A stretch of 64,000 nucleotides of DNA from Phoronis australis (Eukaryota; Animalia; Phoronida). The notes under the pieces were generated by a model, which worked only from the letters and a program-made list of their open reading frames with translations, had not been told where the DNA came from and did not search any database. The first letter of the stretch is position 1; every line of letters begins with the position of its first letter. Location: positions 499,817-563,816 of the forward strand of contig NMRA01000272.1 in the NCBI GenBank assembly GCA_002633005.1, in the 5' to 3' direction. A program made the translations under genes and the position numbers. Shown here one piece after another: positions 11,145 to 22,700 of this stretch.

Positions 11145-13490
11145 TGTAGCCAGCCAGCTAGTTGTTTGAAGACTATCGCCAAAATACAGCTAGGTACAAC
11201 TTAGGCAGCCAGCAAGTTTAGTGAAAACTATATTTAGTATAGGCTACAGCTTTGCGCCAAGGCTAGGTACCACTGTGAGCTGAGCTCCGTTAGACTACGA
11301 AATTTCATACAGGCCGGGTATGAGTTCTATTAGTCACCTCGTCGTTGAAAAGTATATGACAGAGCCAACGACCTGAACGACCAACGGGGTACATGCAAAA
11401 TCTGGGAGATAATTCCGACACTCACCTTGCCCGTTGCCAGCCGTTTAAATGAAAAACAATCTAATAAACGTCATTTCTAGCATAATTCTCCACCTTTTGA
11501 GTTTTGTAACAAAGAAAGTCTGTCGTCGTTTTCATAACATTAGGCTCGTGACGCGCGCACGCGCCGTCCTAAAATTTTGCGACCTCTCTTAGGAGATGAT
11601 GACAGCTTCACAGCAGCAAAGTTTGTTCTAAAATTCGGTTTCCTGGCCTTAAAATTACTAAAAACTTGTAACGAAACATAACGAAGCCTGCGCGCACCCA
11701 GCCTTTAATATGGGGGGAATCGAATTTCTAACGGTGTGTACCTTTTGCTAACAAAAAAGCGGGAGGACTGAAAAAACAATAAAAACGGGAAAACGGGTGC
11801 ACCACCTTCAGAACTGTGAGCTGTGCGTCTGCGCCTTTTTAGTGGACTTTTGCCTCGTTTTCTCGGACCTTTTGTTTCTCCGAGGCGGACCTTTTTGCCC
11901 ACTTCGCCAAGGGGCGGGGGGTTGGGGGCTCGTTCGAGCTCATCGGGCTCCCCTGTGTGCTCGAATGCAAAATGAAACCAGTTCCGACAATTTGTTATAA
12001 CAGGTACACAACCTCGTGGCAGAGAAGAACAGTTGATAGAAGAATGAACGGGAGAAGGTCAGGTCAGGTGACGTAATCGCCGAAAGCCGACTCACAAGAG
12101 AGCACAATTTTTTTCATATTTTTATTTTGCTTTAGCATGAAAATTACATGTCACCGAAAACAATACAGTATACATCATTTACAACGAATAACATTAAACC
12201 ACTAGTCAACAAGTACCGTAAATTTATGAACATTTGGAAATGTAGATTTTTTTAACGAACTTTTTGCTAGCATGATCAACAGATTAATGTTACAATTTTC
12301 CGACTAAATGTTTCCCAAAAACTAAAAAACATTGTTATTTTGTCCAAATAAAAATTTACATGATATGTTTGTTTTAACCACTCAGCAAAAAAGAACCAGA
12401 AACCGGAGACAAGACGACACTCTCAAAACAGATCGACGGAAGTTTAATTGTGTTCACCACAGAAAGAGCATAAGTCACTTGTTTTTATTTTAATTTTATG
12501 TAAATAATTATTGCTTGGCAATATTCTGTGAATTAAACGGTATTGGAACCAATGCAAGTTTGTACAATTGAAGGGGAGTTTATTTACTTTTCTCCACCAT
12601 GTATCAGAATTACTAAAATTTACATTATTTGGAACACCATTTACATGTATATCTATCTCAGATCACCACTTGCTTTTATATTTACAAACTGTCTGAAGAG
12701 ACTGTTCTAAGGTGTCATAAATATTTACCGCTTGCTATTTATTATGCAAAATTTTATAGATATAACGGGTAAAATTTGGTAAAAAGATATTGTTTTGTCT
12801 ATTCTTAAGACCCGTGTACCCTGCATAGGTTGCACTTCTTAATCGATAGAATTCTAGTATTGGAGGTTGAAAGTTGTAACTATTACAAAGTTCTTCATGT
12901 GACATAAAAGAACCTTCAGCATTAAACAAATCACACACACGACAGACTCCCCTTTCATTCCAGGTCTTGTAGAAAATAGAATTTCTACTGAGTTTAATCT
13001 TTGAATTATACCACACAGCAGAGTAAATATTTTCATTTTTGTCACACATTTGAAACAGGAGCACAACATCGCTTAAAACTTCCTTCCAGAACAGATTATC
13101 GGTTCCTTCAGCTAATTTTTTAAGGAAAGCGTCTCCCATTTTAAAAAAGTTATCAACCCAAAACTGCCTCGACCTCTTCAATTTTAGCAGTAGGCCAGAT
13201 GAGCGGTAGAACGACGCCAACACCGGTAAATAATTTAGTTTACTCAAAGAAGAGCGGTGTAGCTTTTAATGACACTACTTTTGTGTAAGATTTTATTTAG
13301 TCATTTTTACCCACATCGGCGCAAAGCTGTAGATGTTGTATACAGCTTTGCTAGAACTGATCTTACTGATCGGGAATTTTGCCGCTAGTCCTTGTATGTA
13401 TTCGATGCAGGGCATATGACGGGATCGGCGGGGAAGTTGCACAGATGACAAGGCCGCTTCATTGCTGCATCCGTACGCATCGTAGCATTT
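11145..13490. mobile_element. Decayed copy of the Kolobok-like element seen at 39835-41475, interrupted by a GC-rich short element and an L1/Tx1 insertion
   Basis: Segments 11270-11690, 11970-12111 and 13179-13350 align collinearly with about 40300-41080; THAP-like remnant AYGCSN...FPADP on the - strand at about 13420-13490. Confidence 0.65.
12112..13178 (-). mobile_element. 5'-truncated L1/Tx1-type LINE (ORF2 C-terminal region)
   Basis: FWKEVL...WYNSKIK...FYKTWNERGV and WFQYRLIHRILP...DLCSFC motifs; AATAAA plus A-rich 3' end; CAATTTT target duplication at 12105-12111 and 13179-13185. Confidence 0.8.
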
Positions 13491-13527
13491 TAGCTGAGAA
13501 ACCCGATAGAGAATCCTGCACGAGTCT

Positions 13528-13641
13528 CAGGTTGATATGACTTGGGCAAAACCTCAGTCTTGGAAATTTCGTCAAAATTCCTCGGCAAGCCTTGGGATTT
13601 TGACAAAATTTCCGAGAGATTTTGCCCATGTCATTAACCTG
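13528..13641. repeat. About 115-bp imperfect palindrome
   Basis: caggttgatatgacttgggcaaaa...ggaaatttcgtcaaaat pairs with attttgacaaaatttcc...ttttgcccatgtcattaacctg. Confidence 0.75.
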
Positions 13642-15639
13642 ACACAAGTGTCGGATTTGTTCTCACATGAACCGTACAAACAATATTTTTTGCCGAAAAA
13701 CTCGACGTGTCTAAAACTTTCAAAACTACATGACGATACTTCTGTAAAAACACGCTTGCGCAACGTAAAGTAAACTCAATTACTTTTTGTTAATAGTTTT
13801 ATTTTAAACTTAATTGTAAATTGCATTCATATTTCGTAACAAATATTCAAGTTAGAATGTAAAAAAAAATGGTTTTTGAAGTTGTAATATTAATTAAACT
13901 TAACAAATGTTTATAAAAAAAACAGTCAGCAGGGCTTACCCGCGCGTGACTAATGAATTGACCTTGAGACAGCACAGCTAGACAGTCTCACCGCGTTTCT
14001 TGAGTTGGGCTTCGTCTCCGTTTGAATGAACAAGGATATAGAATTCGCCGCCAAAGATGGGTTCGTTTAAGAAGTTGTTTGCATGTCCTAACGACTGGGA
14101 GTACGTACATTTGCAACAACCGATATGTCAATCAGAACTTTGTCACCTTCTCGGAATTCCGGGATTGTTTGGTTCGAGCGCGTTTGGTTGTTTTATTGTT
14201 TTGCAGACAATAAAATGTAAGGCGTATGTATTTCTACTTTGCACTACTTTGTGATTCGCCCAATGTAATGTCGAAACAATTACGTACTCGGTGTTATTAA
14301 CATGTCGTGTCCTAACACATTTCAGGTCATGTGAGAAATAGCTAGCCTACGTCAAAGAAATGTCACTCGGCTGTAACGCAGTGAGGCTAGGAGAAATTTC
14401 GTGGGCACGATGATGTCATATGTACCACTTTACTCTTATTGGTTGAGAATTTCTCTGGGGGCGCACGAAGGGGTAACGAATTATGGGTGGTGTAATTTAC
14501 GTCGCAATAAATTACTTTCTGTGGTATGAAAGTAACAGAAGCAATATTTTATAAAATAATTGTATTTCTGGTGTCAAGAAGGTGTTTTGGACGCTGGAGG
14601 CTATCTTTAAGATCAAATGCAATTGTAAAAAATCTTCATGAAGTAAAGGACGGTGTGACTTTGCTCAGTAATGGCTTATGGTTTCACGGGCCCCTAAGGT
14701 AGAAAATTATGAGTGCTCTAGTCATTACACTGAATCCCTCTTTCACAATTGTTAACTGCCCCTCGGTCGTCACAACTTTCGAGGGTTCCCAGTTGCGACG
14801 AGACGAGACACCATCCCCGTCATCACTCCTCCTTGTTCATACATTTTTTCAGCTTCCCCCGCAGCTTACACGGATTGACGGGCAACTCTGACGGGCTATC
14901 TTGCGATTCGGCATATTAGCATCGGTTGAAGGCTTTCATTCGCATATTAGCAGCTACTCAGGGATTCTTCACACTTAGAACACTATAGGGGCGCCACTTA
15001 CACGGAATGGCGGACTTCTCTGAGTCGGGCTGGTAGTATGCGATTGGCGAAAAGGCCACGCTTCTTTTCCCTACTACACCCGGAAGAGCTGGGTTCTGTG
15101 CGCGCGCAGGGAGGTCAAGTAGGTGACCTCTGCTCGTGTCAGTCAGAGTAGGTGACCTCTAACCGCGTAATCTTTGTTTACTTCCGCAAGTTGAGCAGTT
15201 CGTTTCACATTATTAGATCGTTTTGCAACCTAACTCAGGTGCGTTATCTGATGTATTTTCTGAAAATGTCAACATCACACAATATTTTATTATGTACATT
15301 AGACCTAATATTTGATTACACTTTCATTCTTTTATTTATTTATTTGTACCGATATAATTTTAGGCCTATATACGTAAAATGGGGGTAGTCTGGCCCGTCA
15401 TGTTGTTTTCCATGGACATACAGACAACACTTAAACGATCAATGATGAATATGAAACTGACATGGGAAGACTGATGAAACAAAATGAATAATAAACAAAT
15501 TATAAATAGATGATACTAAAATTATGAGAGAATTAACATGAATAAATAATGTCTTCATAAATGATTAAAAGTAGTTAATAAAAGTACATGAAATCATGTA
15601 TATCATCATGTATATAGATAAAAAATAGGTTGGTCTGAG

Positions 15640-16010
15640 GATATTTAAGGCACATTTGGTACACAGAACACTTCTGATTAAATGATTTTTTACCAGTTTC
15701 ATTTCGGGTTTTTGAGCAAATTGAAATTGGATGGCTGTTAGACCCTATGTCATCGTGTATTATCATTATTCCCATCTCCATATTGAGGTTTTCAATATTA
15801 ATATATCTCACACCAACTCCCAGAATAATGCGTGCAGCCATATTTTTAATAGCCTGACAGTTTTCATATCCATGTAAGATGCAGCGCCCCACACCGGGAG
15901 GCAGTAATCCAGGTGAGCTTGAATGACGATTGTGTTGAAAAGGGTTTTCAGTGTCAAAATAATACACCCACATAATTTGAACATTGAGGGTTGTGCATGT
16001 CCGCAGAGGC
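15640..16010 (-). mobile_element. CR1/L2-group LINE fragment (post-RT region), frameshifted
   Basis: TLKTLFNTIVIQAHLDYCLPVWGAAS, then NMAARIILG in the adjacent frame. Confidence 0.65.
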
Positions 16011-16147
16011 AGATCTATACAGNGCGCCACTTACTTGGAATGACTGGCTATATTCTGCGCTACTCGGCTTGCGATAGAGCTATAGCACACGATCTGCCAT
16101 AATTCTCAAGACGATGCAACACATACATACACAACCCTCTCTCCAAG

Positions 16148-16820
16148 ATGGCGGCTGAGTCCAGTGATCTTGGCGCTAAGCAGCGTAAACAAAGTACTCA
16201 CCACGAACACTGTTGCGTGCCGAAGTGTGTGAATGATAAGCGAAAGCAACCAGAATTGTATTTTCTCTTCTTCCCAACTTACGGGACGCTAAAGAAGGTA
16301 TACATTCACGAAATACGACGGGATCCTGGACCTCGTTACAAGATTTTTCGCCGACTTGATTGTTTGCAATCGAGCGATTTTGAGATTCGGGTCGAGATAT
16401 TACCATCGTCGATTTACCGGGATTCATTTGCGTGTTCCATTCGTTAGATTACTTTTGTTATGTCGGGAAAACACTCGCTTGGGCGCTTGTTCTGTTCTGT
16501 GCTTGAGCATTTAGTCCTGGTCAGTTAAGCCGCGGTTTCTCTTCTGAACACTGCTACTAGTACTGACTCAGTTATGGAAGCACCGGGTGCGGTATTCTTA
16601 GTAACGATTTTCTATGAATGCTTGAGTACAAATCATTTCAGCTATCAATTAAATTAATCAATCAATCAATTAATGTGTATTAATAATCTCTATGTCCTCA
16701 TAAAATACACGTATTTTTAGATTTCATTATCAACCTTTGTCTGCAGTTCACATTTCACTTCTGGTGACTTCAAGTTCTCACTTGCTGGTAGAAAACTGCT
16801 AAAAGAGTGCTTTCCCTGTC
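16148..16820 (+). pseudogene. Degenerate THAP zinc-finger ORF of a DNA transposon in two pieces, 16148-16342 and 16721-16820
   Basis: CCVPKC...FFP...IRRDPGPRYK then, after a tttttag acceptor, ISLSTFVCSSHFTSGDFKFSLAGRKLLK. The expected donor reads AT rather than GT and the conserved Trp is Tyr. Confidence 0.75.
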
Positions 16821-17204
16821 TATGTTTAGAAACAGTTGATGTAAAATCTCGAAATATGTTAAATTAATAACGCAACCAATTTCCCAAACACGGTTTTGCA
16901 ACGTTTAGACTGGTCGCAGTACTCGTGTTTTTCAAATTTTACTATCAAGTCTCGCAACGTGCGAACTTTCTTCCGCTTTTATTCAAGTGATGAAAAGAAC
17001 TTGTAACCTCGTCTAAACGCAGTTTGCGAAACATTCTTTGTCTTCGTCCAATATTTCTCTACCTGCTTAAACGTCATTTTTGGTCGTGTCTTTCAACGAC
17101 TTTGACCAAACTTTTACCATTGTTTACTTGAACAGATTAAGCAGACGTGTATGTAACCTCGTTTTGAAATCTGGTAGTCGGAAGTGTGCATGTTAATGAT
17201 ATAT

Positions 17205-17570
17205 ATATACAGATTATTACATGGCGAAGTCGTTATCCCCCGTTATCTAGAGCCCGAGTGGATTTTGGAGAATTATCGCCCGAGGGGCGTACTGAACGAG
17301 AAACATTGCAATGAATCGATCTACCTTTCTCGACTTGCCTCGGCTTTGTAACTACTTTCTATGTCAGAGGCCCGGGGTCGGAGGTCGTGACCTTTTAAGA
17401 AAAGCCGAGCTATTTTTGTCAAATAATGCTTATACTCAAAACCAATTGTGAGATAACTTTATGGGTTATTACACGGTTGTATCTGCCATTCGAGGCTAAT
17501 ATTGTGGTATAAATATAGATCATTACATGGCGAAGTCGTTATCTAGAGCCCGAAACCCCTCGGGTGTTAT
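17205..17570. repeat. Repeat with duplicated core attacatggcgaagtcgttatc...tagagcccga
   Basis: Core present at about 17216-17257 and about 17522-17553; family uncertain. Confidence 0.5.
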
Positions 17571-18820
17571 TGTCTAAGGGCAACTGGCTCCCTGCTGGCG
17601 TGACCCCCCAAAGATTAGCGACGCCGACCTGCCGTTTGTAGGGCTGTCGCGAACGTTTGCAAGTGCTGATAATTGTGATCGCCTCTCCTTGCTGACTTCC
17701 TAGATCCTCCAGCATCGACTACACCTTTAGCTATTTCTCTAAAATAACATTTTATGTAAAACCAATCGTCATGCTTACATCCAGCTGGTGCAGAGCCGAT
17801 GAAGATGAGAATGGCAATAGTCTTGATGTTGCGTGTGTTGCGTAAGTAATTAATTAACCTATCGCAAGCACCGCCCCCTTGCGAAAAGTCACGCGACACC
17901 CGACAAACAAACAAGATGTCGGAGGCAAATACATGTACTACACAGTCGCCAAACGACGTTCCTAGTTGAAATCGATAAGTGATTTTTGCACTGTCCGAAA
18001 ACGCTTCGACAAAGACAGTCAAAATCCTGGCGACAGGTCAATTGGCGACCTTCCACGAGACTTAATGGAAAAACATCTCCGTGACGCGCAAGCATTCTCG
18101 TGTAATTCATTGCTCTGGTTTAGTTTCTAGGAACTTTTTGTTCACCTTGTCAATAGTCCGGCTTTCGTATTGAGCGGTCCAAGTATTATTGGGAGAATGT
18201 TGTAGCAACACGCTACTTTAGTATTGAACCATACTTTTGTTATAAGACGACGAAGTACGGACTTCGCGATAGGCAAACACGATATCAAGAATGCATTCGA
18301 CAATAATGTGAAAAAATTCTAAAACACTGAATTCCGTTGTACAGTAAGTCGTTCTGAACCTAATATTTAGCGCTGTTACCTCGATACGACTATTTAAAGT
18401 TGCCCTTACATGGATAATGTATGATTTAATTTATTTGTATGTGACTTGATAAAATAATTTTGAAGCACCCAACTTAATCTATTCGTTGATTTTTAGAGAA
18501 CACTATACGAACTTTCCTTTGACAGTCTTCGTATTTATACATTTACAGTAAAAATATTTGGTTACTTGTGCATTTATAAACTGACCGAGAAAAGTAACCT
18601 GACTTCATCGAAAAAGTAATGCACCGATAATGTAATGGAACTCCATTCGTGGTACAGGAATTGCAAGTGAAATTCTGTGAGATATTACTGGACGCCATAC
18701 AACTAAAACATTGATAAAAAAAATTAAACGCACAAAACGAAAATGGTGTATTGATGAGCCAGATGAGTTAGCTCAGTCCAATAACAAGAACGGAGAAGAT
18801 TTCCACGTCAAAGTAAAATA

Positions 18821-18826
18821 TTTATT
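18821..18826 (-). promoter_or_regulatory. Candidate polyadenylation signal AATAAA for the CTHRC1-domain gene
   Basis: tttatt on the + strand about 0.8 kb past the stop; no transcript evidence. Confidence 0.35.
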
Positions 18827-19637
18827 GAAGTCATGATAACTTTAGTCATTAACTTTGTAAATACAATGTACAAGGTGCAAAAATTTTGAGAAGCGGTGCC
18901 AGGCGAAGCAGATCTGCAAAATATCCACGAAATATACTAGCAAACAAACAAGTGTTTAAATAAAAAACTTTGCAAATGGGATTGATGCAAAACAGAATGA
19001 AAACAAGAAAGGAGAACGTCTTCACGTCAAAGAATAGTGCAAGTGGTCTGATACACGTTGCATCAGACATGTGCAGGCCGCTCATTCGGGCACATTGCAC
19101 CAAACACATATGGACATGCGCACAAATTAAGACTGAGATGAGGAGCTAGAGACCTGACGCAAGGGTCTAGAAGTGTGGTACACTGGGATTTGAGCCTAGC
19201 CTTTGTTCAGGAGGCAAACACAAAGCCAACTATTTCACACTGCATCCTTACCAAATAATGGAGTAGCTAATAAAATATTCTTTGCAAGTGACACAGCAGA
19301 ATATTGTCAACAAATTATTGTCTTTAAAATAAAACCATAAATTACTGCGATATCATGTTGTAATGCTCGTTTCAAGTTTGATTTCGTAAATGTTGATATC
19401 GCAAAGTTAATTGCAACTATCCATGAGAAAAATAAAGATTTTACATAGTTGCTTTATGGATCAAGAAATTGGATATTTCTAGTTTCAATTTCAATGTTTT
19501 AGTATTTGGCATTTCTTTCATCGGCGCTTTTAAAGAAAGATTTAAAACACGGCATTAAAATACAAGTACTTTCATGCTACAGGTTAAGAAAACTGTAGTT
19601 TCACAACTTCATTGAAGATTCTTCTGAGTCGTTGTGT

Positions 19638-19774
19638 TTAGTCTGTACTTAGATGAACTTCTGATATTTCAAAATTACTGGAACTTAACCAGCCCGTGTA
19701 GCAGTCGCCAGGGCCCTCCACTTTGAATGCCACCGTCGTGCTTCCTCGATGCGGCAGCTCACACATCCCTTCAA
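19638..19774 (-). CDS. CTHRC1-like domain 3, exon c (terminal): VEGMCELPHRGSTTVAFKVEGPGDCYTGWLSSSNFEISEVHLSTD*
   Basis: ttgcag acceptor in phase 1; GDxxTGW motif; TAA stop. Confidence 0.9.
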
Positions 19775-22700
19775 CTGCAAAATATGGTCTTACATAATAC
19801 CAATTGAGAGTATCTTGAACTCATAAAGATAACATTAAAATCAGGACCCTATTTTTGAAGAACAAAACTTACGTGTAGGAACTAGGCCCCCGAACAGCCA
19901 ACATAGCCACACAATTTGCACAATATTCCATCTTTTTCTGAGAAATAGAATGCGCGCAAGGTGCAAGTAAGTACCCCAGTGTGGTCATCCTGAGTTCGAG
20001 TATCTTCATTTTATCAGAATCTTCGCTCTTCAAAAAGTATTTTTCTTTTCCAGAAGACAATCAAGCATTACATCAAATCAGGGGACTGTGTCTCGAACAG
20101 CCTATTGTCTTAGGGCTAAAAATCAATGTATGGATGGCTCAGTCTGATTCAAGTCAAAAAGTCAGAAAATCTGCCAAAACTTCAAAAGACAGAAACCCAT
20201 AACCTGCTCGGGAGCAGCTAAACAAGTCAACTTTGGGGTACAGAATCTTCGAGAAACACTCCCCAGTTTTGCCCCTACTTACCTACGGCCGGTTGATGGA
20301 GATCGTGATCATGTGACTGGTAAATAATTGCGCGTATTGGTCCAGGAGTCGAGCACTCAGTATTGTTGAACGTGAAATACCAGAAGCAGTGGGTGCCAGT
20401 GGCGTCGGGTCGACGGTATACACGTAGAGTACTCATCCAGCGTACCTTGAGGGCGCTGCGGCTTGACAGCTTGTTGTAGGTTACTTCCTGTAAACATACA
20501 GCAGTGTAATAGACTATAGGTTCCCATGCTGAGACTGTCGAAAAGAATATCCCGTGACACGTGATCTGTCGTAAAAAGTAGGGTTTCGTAAGTAAGAAAC
20601 GAAGGCTAGACCTCTTAACATGGGTGCAGAGTTGTTAACTTTAAGTGTCGCACGGTAAGAGCAGAACATACATGTATGCACGGTCACATTCCGCATATAC
20701 TGAGCTGATGTTAGTTTACAGGAAACTGCGTAGACGCAAAACTTGATGTGACTATTCCAGTAATACCCTGTCTTCGTATTTTACAAGTAACATAGGAGAA
20801 TTGGGAAGAACGACTATGAAGGCAATTAGATTATTGAAAACGATAAAGTATTAATTAATGCTTTTGACATGCTCGGAAAATAGGTATGTTAAAGTGTGCT
20901 ATTATTATCAATACGAGATGTCTGAATTAAGAAATAATATAAGGACTGTTGGGCATTTCAGATTATAAATATTTTACTTTCGTGTGATTTTGGAATTGTC
21001 AGCAGTTGGAGATGAGACTGTATTTTTAACATTCTTAAATGACATTAAACATCAGATGTGGCACGAAAGTGTATCATTATTAAGCAATACATTTATATAG
21101 ATTATTCGAAGCTACGATGATATTATAGCATTATGTTTTAAACCCAAAATGTGCTATGATACGGTTAAAATGTAACAACTGTTACATTTTATGTCATTGT
21201 TACATTTTACGTTGCTAGGCCTCTCCTGAAATGTTACAAGTTGTTACATTTTATGTAATTGCTATGTCGAATGCACATGCGAGAAATGTACCATTGTTAC
21301 ATTTTACGAAAGGAACGTCATATTTCATGTTTTTGCATGATATTGGTCACACGGAAGAAAACCGTTGACACACTTAACGCCTTCTTTCTTGGATTGTGCG
21401 AATGAAATTCTATCAAATGTGCCAGGTCGAATTTATAGATGTGTCCCTATGTGCTTTACATGGTTTTTAACATGATTAGTTTCATGCTATAGTCAAAATG
21501 CACAATGTAGTTTCAACTGCACACGAAAGGAGTTTCCAGGATCAGGTAACAAGTTTTTTTATTGTTGAAGCGTTCTTGCAAACTTTTGTTGACGCTCAAA
21601 GGTCATAAATCAGTTGTGTATCCGGCATTACAGTAAAAACACTTCCCTTAGTAAGCACAAAAATGAGATCGTACTTGGCTAATATTTATCGTATTTGTTT
21701 GGGAACTAACGACCATAACAAAGTTTTTCATGGAGAGTTCAATTTCGGAAGTCAGTTTGATAGAAAAAACACCAGTTTTAGTCCATGATAGTTTGGTTTA
21801 TTTCGGTCAGTGTTTTATTGCCTTGGAGTCATCGCTAATGTAGTAATTGTCTGAGTTATATAAAGCTTCAAAAGTTATCTGCTGGATAAATTTGATTGTT
21901 GCATGACGTCTGGTGCATTGTTCAACAATAACAACGTGACGCGTGATAATGCGACGTCATTGTTGCTATTCAGCGTATAATTTTATGCATTTGGGTCCTG
22001 CTCCACACAAAAGGAGTAAAACCAATGTTTCTGTTGCGGACAGGTTCTGTCTATAACCTTAGTTACGAATGACAATTTCTTAAAGACATTTTGGTGGAAG
22101 GAAGTAAAAGCACGCATTTATTTGCCGGCAGGTTGACAAATTTTGCCAAAACAACAGCAAAATATCGCCTTTGAGAAGGGCGAGCCAATAGTGGCGGCAC
22201 AGTAACGTGTTTTATACATCTTAAAAGCTGAAAGAAATATAATTGTCCCTATGATGTCAAACCTGTCTGAAATAGTAGTGGTAACGACAGGTCAAACCGT
22301 GACGTGTATACATAAAAATGGGATGCCTATCTGGGTAAATAGAAAATATTTTGCACTTTGAAAGGACATAATTATTTTGCTCAAACCTGGACAGGTCTAG
22401 GTCGATACAGGTACTTTAAAGGGGCAATAGTCCAAAAAGCTGTTGTCGGCCTTTCGGGCTATAAAAACATGCACTTTCTCTTTCTATTGTCTTTTAAGGT
22501 AAAATATGAATTAAAATTACTATTTGATCAATGTTCATTAGTTCGAAGTACATGTAAATAAAGACAAAGTTTGGACATTCTAGTATTAATGGACGTGAAG
22601 TCACGTGTCTCACGAGGAGCCATTTTTGTGTTGTAGCTCGCACATAAACGAATTTGGCATATTTACCCTTTTGATACATTGCATAAAATGCTCATATTAA

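Noticed and set aside
17799-17841. MKMRMAIVLMLRVL followed by a GTAAGT donor, resembling a signal-peptide first exon on the + strand
   Set aside because: No downstream + strand exons were found; the match is short enough to be chance.
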